This document shows positions 51,981 to 64,000 of a stretch of DNA of 64,000 nucleotides, piece by piece; the first letter of the stretch is position 1, and every line of letters begins with the position of its first letter. A model generated the notes under the pieces. The model did not search any database. It worked only from the letters and a program-made list of their open reading frames with translations, and had not been told where the DNA came from. The position numbers were made by a program, and so were the translations under genes. The DNA comes from Octopus sinensis (taxonomy: Eukaryota). The stretch spans positions 69,068,001-69,132,000 of the forward strand of contig NC_043004.1 in the NCBI RefSeq assembly GCF_006345805.1. The letters are read 5' to 3'.

Positions 51981-52378
51981 ACTAGCAGTATCGCCCGGCG
52001 TTGCTCGGGTTTGTAAGGGAAATAAATATATAAGCATTTTTAGAGTTATAGCCAAAAATAGCAAAAAAATGCATTAAAAATGGAAAACAAATGATGGTAA
52101 ATTTTTTTTAAATCGTTGACTCATAGTAGACATTTTTAGAGAGTTACTTCCCTTATATAATAGCGAAAAAAAATGCATTAAAATGGAAAAAATGATGGTA
52201 ATTTTTTTAAAATCGTAGATTCATCGTAGACGCGCGCTAATACCCAGAAGGGCTCGATATGAATCACGACTATAAGATACCCGCTTTTGGTTAAACTGCA
52301 CCGCAAAATGTGGGAGTAGTTAGGAATCTAAATCGTAGGAGACAGACAGCACACAACCTCTCTTTTATATATAAAGAT
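51981..52378 (+). mobile_element. Non-autonomous Helitron2/Helentron-like element (Lep1/DINE-1-like architecture)
   Basis: 5' ACTAGC plus hairpin cccggcgttgctcggg; internal ~105-bp tandem duplication; GACAGACAG; 3' TTTATATATAAAGAT; no TIR or TSD. Confidence 0.6.
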
Positions 52379-53024
52379 GATAATTTCTAAATGTACACTG
52401 TACAATATGTACAAATGAAAATTACTTGAAGAGAGATGCGCTAGGATGGTTAGGGAATGATTAAGAATTGTTATATCGTAACAAGGAACGTCCTTATTCT
52501 AAAAGATTCTGAATATTGCATGAGGAATGATGGTGGAATGAGAGTTACCTGGCGGATGCGGGACATTATCCTCTCGTTCATAGTCATCATCACGATCTAC
52601 ACGACGGCTCACGGACAACGATGGAGAAACTACAGATTGATGAGTCGCCGAAATTTACTTTTAACTATATTAGGGATAACAAGTGGTTAAATAAATATAT
52701 TCGCCTCTCTTACCTCGCTGCCCAGACTTCAACACGACGGGTTGGGAGTCTCTATCATGGTAACGCTTGCTGAGGAAGCTGAGGCTATTTTGCCAGTGCA
52801 GGAACCGGTCCACGTGAGTCCAAATACTTGAATGTACGCTGGGAGATTGTCTTAGCCCGTTTGCCTTCGGACGGTTGATTTCTGTAACTATTATCAGTAT
52901 ATTTTGGCGATTTAAATAAGAGTTTTGGCTGTTATTTCTAGCAGGTACATACACTTAATATGTCCTTTGATTAATTTTAGTCCTTCGGCTTATATACCAT
53001 AAAATGCCAGGAGGTGAATATATA

Positions 53025-53995
53025 GGAGTGGTTGTGTGGTAAGTAGCTTCATTCACTGAGAACAGTTGTTCGGCAAAAGCAATCAGTCCCGTGGAGTGCC
53101 CGGAGTTATCGGGACTGATTGCTTTTGCCGAACAACTGTTGTCAGTGAATGGAAGAGTACAGCTATCAGCGGAGTCTATCATTGAGATTGTGCCACCTCC
53201 CTTCCTCAGCAGGGAAAGGAAGGCTGGTTTTTCCTGCGTAGTAGCCATACTGAAAGAAACAGTAGGGAAGACGCGTACGAAAGGTATAGTGACAGGTACC
53301 TTTGTATCCGGCAAGGGGTTGGTTAACTTTTTTAGTTACCACCTCGGTAGTAAGATCAGGCTAGAGAAGAGGTGTCTGTCACGAGATATATTTGTGAAAA
53401 GATGGAAGTCTGTAGCTTGCAAGCTGGGTATATTTGGCACCAGGTAAGTGTGGCCGGATCAAGAAGTAAAGGTTCTACCCAGATGGCTGGGTTCCTTGCC
53501 CCACTGTGTAATATTAAATTTGTAAACATTATATTGTAAATATTGTACACATTATATTGTAAATACTAAAACGTTTTAAGCTACTACACCCTATATGTTT
53601 GTCTGTATTTGTATGTCCCCTCTATGTAACGCCTTAATGGCGAATTTTCATGAGATAAAGTAACTTGCTTACCAACCACATGGTTCCGGGTTCAGTCCCA
53701 CTGCGTGGCATCTTGGGCAAGTGTCTTATGCTTTAGCCTCTGGTCGACCAAAGCCTTGTGAGTGGATCCGGTAGATGGAAACTGTTTGTGTGTCTGTGTT
53801 TGTCCCCCCACAATCGCCTAACAACCGATGTTGGTGTATTTATGTCCCCCTAATTTAACGGTTCGGCAAAAAGACCGATAGAATAAGTTCTAGACTTACA
53901 AAGAATAAGTCCCGGAGTCGATTATTTTGACTAAAGGCGGTGCTCCTGCATGGCGGCAGTCAAATGACTGAAATAAATAAAAGAATAAAAGAATA
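53025..53995 (+). mobile_element. SINE family A split by a LINE insertion
   Basis: Head ggagtggttgtgtggtaagtagctt (53025-49) resumes as aagtaacttgcttaccaaccacatggttccggg at 53658 and runs to the AAAAGAAT tail. Confidence 0.85.
53050..53657 (+). mobile_element. 5'-truncated Tx1/L1-like LINE 3' end with a 9-bp target-site duplication
   Basis: ORF LLSVNGRVQLSAESIIEIVPPP..FSCVVAILKETVGKTRTKG..FFSYHL..KIRLEKRCLS..FVKRW resembles, from memory, L1/Tx1 ORF2 C-termini; flanked by aagtagctt (53041-49) / aagtaactt (53658-66). Confidence 0.55.
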
Positions 53996-54015
53996 TATAT
54001 ATATATATATATATC

Positions 54016-54197
54016 AGAAATACTAAATTTCTAAATCTCTCGTAAAGACATGTACGGTGGTGGGGCGATAGAATGGTTGTATACTGTCAATCTAACGTGA
54101 ACGTGACAGTAGGGGGTTACACCACTGCTGTTTAGCCCTAGGAAGCATCGACGCCTCCTGATGTCACGTTCGTGTTAGATTGACAGTATACAACCAT

Positions 54198-54200
<3 letters not shown>
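54016..54200 (-). mobile_element. Element end of the 23060/35937 family with an internal fold-back
   Basis: 54016-54083 is nearly identical to 35937-36005; 39-bp inverted arms at 54070-54108 and 54162-54200. Confidence 0.75.
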
Positions 54201-54244
<44 letters not shown>

Positions 54245-54629
54245 TCAACCGTCTACGTAATGATTACCGAATGACACCCTAGTAAATGCTAGAGAAATAC
54301 GCGTAAAGTTTATACAGTTTATGATGTTATCACGACTGTTTTTGTAACCAAATCTCCACTTTCATTCTGTTCTTGTTTAAGCATTCTGCAATCTGTTTAA
54401 AATGAATATAAATAATAATCGAAAATCTGAGAACGTTTTGTGTTTAATAAACTGATTGGACATACATGAATTTACAAGGGGTTCTAAGTAAAGGTTAAGT
54501 GTTTAGCTATCTATTTTGAAATAGCAACCTTTAATAATGGTGATGATGATGATGATGATGATGATAATAATAATAATAATAATAACAATAATAATAATAA
54601 TAATAATATATATATATACATATATACAT

Positions 54630-55006
54630 GCGGCGCTCCGTCGGTTACGACGACGAAGGTTCCAGTTGATCCGATCTATGGAACAGCCTGCTCATGAATT
54701 TAACGTGCAAGTCGCTGAGCACTCCACAGTCACGTGTACCCATGACGTAGTTCTTGGGGAGATTCAGCGTGACACAGTGTGTGACAAGGTTGGCCCTTTG
54801 AAATACAGGTACAACAGAAACAGGAAGAAAGAGTGAAAGAAAATTGTTGAGAGAGAGAGAGTACAGCAGGGTTCGCCATCCCCCCCCCCTGCCAGAGCCT
54901 CGTGGAGATTTAAACACTCACAATAAACTCACAACGCTCGGTCTGGGAATCGAAACCACGATTCTACGACCGCAAGTCCGCTGCCCTCACCACTGGGCCA
55001 TCGCGC

Positions 55007-55012
<6 letters not shown>
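54630..55012 (-). mobile_element. tRNA-derived SINE (family C head with a different tail)
   Basis: Head gtagaggcgcgatggcccagtggtgagggcagcggacttgcggtc...ggtttcgattccc; middle shared with 36155-36446; the tail recurs at 55395-55540. Confidence 0.8.
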
Positions 55013-55042
<30 letters not shown>

Positions 55043-55199
55043 CACACACACACACACACCACACACACAACACACACACACACACAACACACACACACAC
55101 ACGCACACACTCACACACATTTTTATTTTATCTAGTTTCAGCTCACGAGCTGTGGCCATGCTGGGGCCCCGCCATGTATATAATCAAAACAAAAAAAGG

Positions 55200-55340
55200 G
55201 ACCAAGAACGTAACAGGCGACAACAAAACATTCGGACAGTAGGGAATGCAAAAAATACAGGAAAAATCAAGAACGGGTCATTCGGAACTTTCAATCTTCA
55301 GTCGAGAAGCAGGTCGTCTTTGCAGTTTTAGCCAGTTAAT
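55200..55340 (-). mobile_element. Fourth, diverged copy of the 40350/40790 repeat family
   Basis: Reverse complement ctggctaaaactgcaaagacgacctgcttctcgaCTGAAGAttgaaagttccgaatgacccgttcttg aligns with cagccgaaattgctaagatgatctggttcttgaCTGATGA...ttcgaatgtccgtcc. Confidence 0.5.
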
Positions 55341-55344
55341 ATAT

Positions 55345-55392
<48 letters not shown>

Positions 55393-55564
55393 CTCACAGT
55401 TCGTCGACTACGACACCGAGGGTTCCAGTCGTTCCGGCTAACGGAACTACCTACTCGTGAAATTAACGTGCAAGTGGTTGAGCACTCCACAGATACGTGG
55501 TTCTGCTTGGAGATTTAACGTGACAAAGAATGTGACAAGGCTATGTGGACTGGAGCAACATGAA

Positions 55565-55658
55565 ATAGAGAGTCTTGCTCAAGAAGGAAACGCGCAGCCG
55601 GGAATCGAACTCAGTTACTTACGATCGTAAGCCGAATACCCTAACCACTAGGCCACGC
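55565..55658 (-). mobile_element. tRNA-derived SINE head (not a functional tRNA)
   Basis: gcgtggcctagtggttagggtattcggc...gagttcgattcccggc followed by ttgagcaagact core-like sequence; no closing acceptor stem. Confidence 0.6.
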
Positions 55659-55904
55659 TTATATCTGTCTATCTGTCTGTCTGTCTGTCTGTCTGTCTGT
55701 TGTATGTATGTATGCATGTATGTATGTATGTATGTATGTATGTGTATGTATGTATGCATGTAGTATGTATGTAGTATGTATGTATGCATGTATGTATGTA
55801 TGTATGTAGTATGTATGTATGTATGTATATGTATATATGTATGTATGTAGGTATCTATCTATCTATCTATATATATATATACATACATACATACATACAC
55901 ACAC

Positions 55905-55935
<31 letters not shown>

Positions 55936-56094
55936 TATATATATATATATACATCATATATACATATATATATATATATTATATAATATATATATATATA
56001 TATATGTATATGTATATGTATAGAAATATATATATATATATATATATATTATTATATATATATATATATATATATACTATATATATATATATAT

Positions 56095-56146
<52 letters not shown>

Positions 56147-56160
56147 TATATGTATATATG

Positions 56161-56201
<41 letters not shown>

Positions 56202-57395
56202 ATATTTCGGAATGGTCATTTTGTCAGTTTAACCAATAAAAAAACACACGCACTATATATTTGGTGTTATTTTGCTTCAGTGTTATTTATTTTTTACATT
56301 AATCTTAATCTTATTTCGGCCAGAGTTCTTTCGTCACACTCCTGTGATCGCATCAGTGGTCCTTTGTTTTCTTCTTTCTTATTTGTGCCTCTCCTTACTA
56401 ACCGTCAGCCATTTTGTATTTCTATTGTATGTCTTCATTTGCGCCTGCTTATATCTCTATGTGCGTTTATGTTTATTTAGTGTGTATAAGTACTGTACTG
56501 TATGTAGATTTAGCCCACCAGAGTATTAAGGTCAGAATAGACTACCCCACTAAACACCCCAACCATAGACTACCAGTACTAGACACCATATATGTATAGA
56601 TGCATAGTCTTACGTGTATGTATGAACGTATGTGTGTATATGCGTATCAGTTCCGGAAATTCTCTCATTGTCGATAGTAGGTTACAATCTTCTACCTAGA
56701 TATCTGCATGATACCTATTACCCTTTCCGAAGAAAAGAAAATTGAGGTACAAAGGTATTCACTCTGATATATAATTCCTGTAGCCCTGGCCCAAGTTAGT
56801 TCTACCGAGAAAGCATTTACTGTCAAGGTTTCACTCCGTTCACAAAAATTCCGTCCAAGACGTCAAAGTTGTGACACGAGAAAGAGATTTAGCTTCTATT
56901 TCTAACTTGTTGGTTGCATGACCATGTTGAAGCTCCTTTGCTAGCTCATGTTTGGGGGGTATTTTGTAGTTGCCTAGGTGTCAAGAGGAGATGTTCCAGC
57001 GCTACATCGACTGCAGCGGTCGTCGTAGTACTAGATCAATGCCGTAAGAGCTATCAGAGTTAGATTACAATGTGACATTCAATTAATTACTTTGATCTGA
57101 ACGTTATAATTGGACATATTTGGACATAGATACAAATACACACATACGCATACATTCATTTCTACACACGCACACACGCACACACGCACACACACACACA
57201 CACTCACACACATACACACACACATATATTTGCATATATATGTATATATATATAGATATATATACACACACACACACATATATATATATATACATGCACA
57301 CACGCATGTATAGATGTATATATACACATATATATGCATATACACACGTATAAACACACATACATAAATGTATCTATATTTACTTATCTACCTAC

Positions 57396-57477
<82 letters not shown>

Positions 57478-57478
57478 G

Positions 57479-57515
<37 letters not shown>

Positions 57516-59229
57516 ATCTATAATTCTATCTGTCTATATATTCACACACATACACACATACACGTACACACACAAACACATGCACACATATATATATACA
57601 TATATACATACACACGTACACACAGAAACACATATATACATATGTGTACATAAACATACACATACGCCTAACTGTGTATGCATATATAGATGGATACATC
57701 AATAGGATCGATAGGTAGAGGCATTCATTGTCACTCAATGAGGAGACAGATAAGCAAACTAACAAACTAACAGAACACACGTACGCGCATGCGTGCACAC
57801 ACACACATTTATATATGCATTCACTGTTTCTTTGGATTTTTTTCCGTGTATATTGACGTAGATATATGTGTTTGGACAGACACATAATTATTAATTAAAA
57901 TGAGAATCCTCTTCAATATATCTTGAGGAGACTGTCTGTTTACATGGTAACTGGTCTATGTATTTTGCATTAATATACTGAATTTAAGTTTGCAACGCAT
58001 GCGCACACACACACATACACACACACACAACACATACAAGCGTATATACTTACGTGTACATACTCGTACATACACATAGATGTACGTAAATAGGCACGTC
58101 CATGTGTGAACGAATTCCAGAATGTATGCAAGCTGGATTTGATCTCCGTCATTGTTGCATGTAACGGAAAGACTATTTACCAGCAAGAGTGAACAGCAAC
58201 AATGATAAGAACAAGAAAAGCAACTCCGATAACAAGAACTGCACGAAACACTTTCTACGCCGTCAAAATGTAAAATGAACCACGATACAAAGTCAGTGCA
58301 TAACGTTCGAGAAGGAAAAAAAATATGCTGACGTTTCGGATAATTTGTTCTTTATCAAAATAGCCAAAAGAAGAAGCGGGAAAGTATACAAAGAAAATAA
58401 TGTGGGTATATATAGAGGTAATATGATGAACAATGTTAAAAGAGAAATGGCTGAGGAGAGTGGTTCCCAGCAGAGGACAGTGGCTCTAAAATCGAGAATA
58501 CAGCAAAATTTCTTAATCCAAGTAAAATTAGAAAAACCTGGTAATAAAGAGAACTAATGACGTTAATTCTGGACTAAAGAAGGTTAAAAATCGTAGGTGT
58601 GTGAGAAGTAGCCTGAGATCTGTCGCATGATTCTTTCAAATTTTGCCAAGGAAGAAATATAGTCAGTATATGCATTTTCATGAAACTAAAGATTTCTAGA
58701 TGGCACCAACTTTCTAAACGGCTCAAAGACGGAATAAATGTGTTGACAATGAGGAAAAGGAAGTCTTGCAATTTGTGCACGATCCTTTGGTTGTACTGAA
58801 TGGAAAGATTAAGAGTAGTGAGAAACGAGTGAGTGAATGAGCGAGCGGGATATATATGTATATATATATATATATATATATAGAAAAAGAGTGAGGGGGG
58901 GATAGATAGATAGATAGATATATAGAGATAGAGGGAGAGAGAGAAGGAGCGAGTGTGAGAAGGGAAAATACCAGACGTATAAGAGAGATTGCAAAATGTG
59001 TTGGAAGGCATCCCCCAAAAAGGGGAGATAATCAACGAGAATGCAGGTAAATTTGAGTTAGAGGCACAGCATAAAAAATTCAATAATGTAATATTTATGG
59101 ATGTCAAATTTAATGGTGAAGTATTCTAAATCTGAATGAAAATCTTACAAGAAACGTATCAAGATATTGAAGTGGGAGAACAAATAAAAACGCCGACAAT
59201 CACGGGCAAATTAAACGTATCTAACACGT

Positions 59230-59807
59230 GCAGGCGTAGGTGTGTGACTCGGAGTTCCCTTCACAACTTCATGGCTCCGGGTTAGTCCCACTGTTTTCTA
59301 CCAAGTGCATGAGTCTTCTACTATAGCCCCGGGTCAACCAAAGCCTTGTGAGTGGATTTGGTATACGGAAACTGAATCCTGTCACACACATACATACATA
59401 CATGTATGTATGTATGTATGTATGTATGTATGTATGTATGTATGTATGTATCTATAATACAGTGATTGCTTCTTATCAGGAACAAAATGTTTAATAGGAC
59501 TGCTATAGAAGTGCTCAATTGAATGAGGCAAATATATTAAACTATGGTTGCAGAACAAACAAATACGAGGTCATCCACGTAGCATTTCGTATCTCGAACA
59601 TTTAATCACACAGTGCTTTTTCTTTCGCATAGAATATACATTTATAACATCACGGAAGATGAAACACAACTCATCAATACAAGCATATAAGAAAATGCAA
59701 GAAAAATGTGTGAATACAGTTCATCACGGTTAAAAGTTAATACTTTAGCGATTAAGAAATATATATATTTTTAAAAACATTACAACACCTAGAATAATAA
59801 ATAATAA

Positions 59808-59838
<31 letters not shown>

Positions 59839-60100
59839 TGTATGTATGTATGTATGTATGTATGTATGTATGTATATGACTATGAATGTCTGTATCATTC
59901 TCCTTGTGTCTATCTCTCACCGCCACCACTACCACCACCGCTTGACAATTGGTGTTAGTTTATTTACGTCCCGTAACTTAGCGGTTCAACTAAAGGGATC
60001 AATGGAATAAGTACTAGGCTTAAAGAAATAGGTACTGGGGGGTTTGATTTGTTGGGAGAAACCTTTTAAGGTGGTGCTCCAGCATGGCTGCAGTCCAATG
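59230..60100 (+). mobile_element. SINE family A pieces (5' half 59230-59390; 3' half 59925-60100)
   Basis: catggctccgggttagtcccactg...aaagccttgtgagtggatttggt; later cgcttgacaa...cgtaacttagcggttc...ggtggtgctccagcatggc. Confidence 0.7.
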
Positions 60101-61789
60101 ATATCTATCTGTTAGAGATTGATATAATAAGAACTTGTGAAAAATAACTATTTTGATAACACACCACTACTTCGTGTGTAAGATTTGACCACAAAGGTAT
60201 AGCATAGTCAATGATACACTGGTGCATTATTGTTACTAACAGAATGCGTAGTACTAATAAAGAATTTCAAAACAGTCTCAATAAAAAAGAATTAAAAAAA
60301 ACTGAGCCCAGCCGTGTTTTTAATAAACAAGTTTCAATGAAAACATGTTCATCGAATACGTCAACAAAAATGTAGGAATAAAAAACCTCAGCAAATAACG
60401 AAATATGTACAACAGAATTCCGGAAGAAACTGATCGAATGCCAAATATACAGAGCAACAGACGATATAGAAAAACAAAACAAAACAAACAAACAAATTAC
60501 TACTGTAGATTCTATATTTAAAGAAAAAAATATTGATAAATCAATAAGTAAGAGCGTTTATTAAGCAATATTCTCACAGATATCGATAATATACTGGCAT
60601 AACATTCGCGTCGAATATGAAACAACATAGAAAAGCTAAACATACTTTATAAAAGTAAAATAATGTTATTTACACATGAATATAAATTGCTTAACCTCTC
60701 TTACCGTAAACTCTATATAGATCAAATGGCACTTCTCAATCTTGAAATCAAATTTCACCTGCGAGGGAAATATGACCAAAACCAAAATAGGCAAATTCAA
60801 AAAGTATTCTAGCAATTTTTTAGAGAACCTTCGATTTAAATATATAATAAAAACGACTGACACAAACATCAATACTTCCTCCGGGGTAAAACGAGTAAAT
60901 AAAGATACCCACATAACTATGCAAAAAAGAATAAAACTGCTTAACTAGAAATTCCAATAAACTCTGCAAGATCTATATCAAGCGTGGGTAACATTTTTCG
61001 TGAAGCGGACCGCATGAGAAATGATTCGTCATTAGTTGGGCTGCAGTAAAAAAGGTTTACGGTAATTTTTCATTAGGGGTGCCTTCAGGCAGTTTGCTCA
61101 TGACTAAAAACATTCATAAAATCAAAATTAAAAAAAAAAAACAACAGAAAAAGATAAGAATAATTCATTTGTTTAATTCTGGATAAAAATAATAATTTCA
61201 GAAAAATTAACAACTTTCTAAATGATAACAGCAAATTTATGAGAATTAAGAAAAATAACACCTCATTAAAAAAATTAAGCGCAACAAATTAATTAATGTT
61301 GCAAACGCACGTATATGATCTATTCCATCACAGCGCAGAGAAGGAAGTTTCACCCCGTTATGGAGCGGTAAATATCCATAAACAACATAACTCTCTCTGA
61401 CTCATAAATCTCCAGATAAGCAAAACAAATAAACTCACAAGCAAATAAGATCGGCCATTAGACAAATATACACCCGAGAAATAAACTGTTATGCTTACTA
61501 CATTAAATTTGTTAATATTAACTAAATTATCGCTTTATCATGTGATGTTATCTTTAAGTAATTAATCTCAATAATTTATTAATATGAATATTCTAGTTTT
61601 TTTCACATCTACCCTTGAACAATATTGTACATTTAAACATTAAATCTCACATCACTACTTCAGCAAGTACCTATTGATATGATTCATTGAGGAGGTGAAA
61701 TAAGACTGAGACAAGTCCGAAGTTGTCTCCCGTTCTTGTCGAAATGATTAAAATACCAGTCATTGAGTTGATGTTGTCTTTTCTTCATC

Positions 61790-62745
61790 ACGTAAGTGTT
61801 TACAAATATGCTTTTGATGCTCACGGTAGTTTTTCAAGACTAACCTACGCTCAAAGACCAAGTAAATTATATGGTGGGTGGGCATCGTTTCCCATTCAAA
61901 TTTCTTCAGCCTTTCGAATGTCATTCTCGCTGTATGTGACTGAGCATTATTCTGACGGAAGAACACCTTTCGTCTTGAAACCAAAGATGGTCGTTTTTCT
62001 TCTAGCACTGACTTAAACCGCACAAGATGCTTGCAATAGATCTCCTTTGTTATCGTTTGGTTTGGGTTTAAAAGTTCAAAGTGGACTAAACCTTTCAGAT
62101 CCCACCAAGCAGATAAGGATACCTTATGTGGGTGAAGACCTTCTTTAGCCTGGGGTGTCGGTGTTTCTCTTTTCCTTACCCACTGTCTTCGGCGTTTGAC
62201 ATTTTTTAAGAGAACCAATTTCTCATCACCAGTCACTATTCGGTCCAAAAAAGGGTCATTTGTGAGACAGCAAAGAAGAGCACACATTCCCTCTCTGCGC
62301 GCGATTAGACTAGGAAAAGTTACGAGGAACCAATTGACCCAATTTTCTGACTTTTCCGATGGCACGCACGTGTCGATGAATGATTGAATGAACAAATCCA
62401 AGCTTCTCTGCTAGTTCCTCTACAGTTACGATGGAATTTTGTTCTACCAGGGTTTGCAGGACGTCCTCGTCGAGCTCTACAGATCTTCAAGGACGAGGCT
62501 CGTCTTTTAGGCTGTAGTTACCAGCTCGGAATTTCTGGAGCCACCGCTGACACTGGCTTACGCTTGTCCGATCCCCATATACTGCATTAATATTCCATGC
62601 ACTTCCCGTTGCCTTTATTGAAATCATAACTTTGAAAAAATAACTGTTAAAATCGAACTGCGCTCTTCAAAACCTGTACTAAGAATAAACAAAAGGTAAA
62701 ATTACTACTTGCTTTTATAGCAAGTTGCTGCAGGTAGTTTATACT
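61790..62745 (-). mobile_element. Truncated mariner, same family as 32236-33497
   Basis: LDRIVTGDEKLVLLKNVKRRRQW...LHPHKVSLSAWWDLKGLVHFELLNPNQTIT...FRQNNAQSH; nucleotide similarity to the 32.2-kb copy; TIRs lost. Confidence 0.9.
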
Positions 62746-62899
62746 GCATATATATTTGTATGCACACACACACACACACATACACGCACACATATATATA
62801 CATGTATGTATGTATGTATGTATGTATGTATGTATGTATGTATGTATGTCTTCTATTTTTTGATTATTTTAAATCTTCCACTGAGGAGGGAGCCAGTTT

Positions 62900-64000
62900 C
62901 TAACAAAGATACATGGCTCCATCTTTGGGATGTAGTTATCACAGAAAAATGCACATTTGGAACTTGAGAAAAGTCTTGAATATTCTTACTCTTCCACTCA
63001 CAGACTGCACTTGTATTCTACGAATTAGCCGGTCAGTTTCTTTTTCTGAAAATCCCAGTTTATCCAGATTCTCCTATAACCATTTACTAACAAAACCTAG
63101 TTCTCTAATTATCATTGGTATGAATAAGAATTCATAGTGTGGATATAGAATCTGGAGGTTTCGAAGTAGTTGTCCATAGATATTCTCTTTTTCATTGATT
63201 TTCAAAGAGATATTTATATCTGCTGGGCAGCTGACCTCTATGATGGTAAATACATTTGCCCCTCTGTTCCAAACAATATTCGATCTGTTATGTTTACATT
63301 TGGCAGAAATTTTGATGGAAAATTCCGCCAGTATTCCATAAATGTATTCCATAACAGAGGCATTTTCTAAGTCTATTGCAGGACGGTCTTTTTTTGCGGA
63401 TGGCAGTCTAAATTGTTTTAGCAACAACATCGTGCCGCATAAGAGGGTAGTATCGTGACAACATTTTAGGACAGCTGCTAATCACATGCGTGGTGTCTTC
63501 CACAGAAACATGACACAGCCTATAATGAGGTTGCACCTTGATATTACAAGAGCGTCACTGTCTCTGTTGTTCTCCAGGTACTTTGTGGCAATCTCCTGTT
63601 CTTGGATTACAAATGCTTAGCCTTCAAAGTGTGATGTGATGTAATGGTCTCGTGCCCTAGAGAAGCTGCACTTCATGTCAATTCTACTGTCTTCTTCAAA
63701 CCTCCGGGCAACATACCCATGCATAGTCTTTTTTTTTTGTATGCTGAGTGCTTTCCATCCAGGTCTTCTCTGAGGTAAGAGAGCCCAGCTGTTTTGAGGG
63801 TGTATAGGAGATCGTCAGAAAGAGAGTGCTTCTTGAGGAGCTTACTACCAACTCGTACAATGTCGCTCACTTCACTTTTCAGCACTGCATTTATATATTT
63901 ATTTTTGCTACTATTGTTTAGTAGGTGATACCATGCGGCATTTGAAGGCCGTCTGCACTGATCCCAGTCCTCTATCACCTTCATTTCTTCTTAGGTAGAC
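62900..64000 (-). mobile_element. R4/Dong-type RLE non-LTR retrotransposon, 3' part (decayed; runs out of the window)
   Basis: FEG*AFVIQEQEIATKYL; knuckle YRLCHVSVEDTTHVISSCPKMLSRYYPLMRHD; RLE KHNRSNIVWN..FTIIEVSCPADINISLKINEKENIY; C-terminal LDKLGF...SGRVRIFKTFL. Confidence 0.85.

Noticed and set aside
58340-59200. Stop-poor AT-rich stretches as exons (also 60550-60950)
   Set aside because: No recognisable domain or exon structure, and one is interrupted by a microsatellite; cannot be assigned without a search.

Overview
Eukaryotic, AT-rich, extremely repeat-dense DNA with no host protein-coding gene I can support. The SINE families and microsatellite load look like an Octopus (coleoid cephalopod) genome; this is inferred from recognising the repeats, not from a search. 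About 17 kb (3165-20345) is one tandem satellite built from a 93-bp unit with variable 15-bp modules and higher-order repeats; it abuts a 100-N gap. Nearly all listed ORFs are artefacts of this satellite or of microsatellites. The rest is a mosaic of tRNA-derived SINEs and decayed mobile elements: mariner (4 copies plus a short relic), hAT, a Helitron-like element, RTE, R4/Dong-type RLE LINEs, a Tx1/L1-like fragment and Penelope-like elements. The most interesting signals are: (i) two type I hammerhead ribozyme folds (2801-2868, 23084-23124); (ii) a short element end linked to the second hammerhead that recurs at both tips of a 924-bp near-perfect palindrome (35937-36860) and in a fold-back (54016-54200); (iii) a Tx1-like insertion with a target-site duplication and a 41-bp 5' fold-back inside a SINE tRNA head; (iv) a repeat family with hammerhead-like motifs in non-canonical order.
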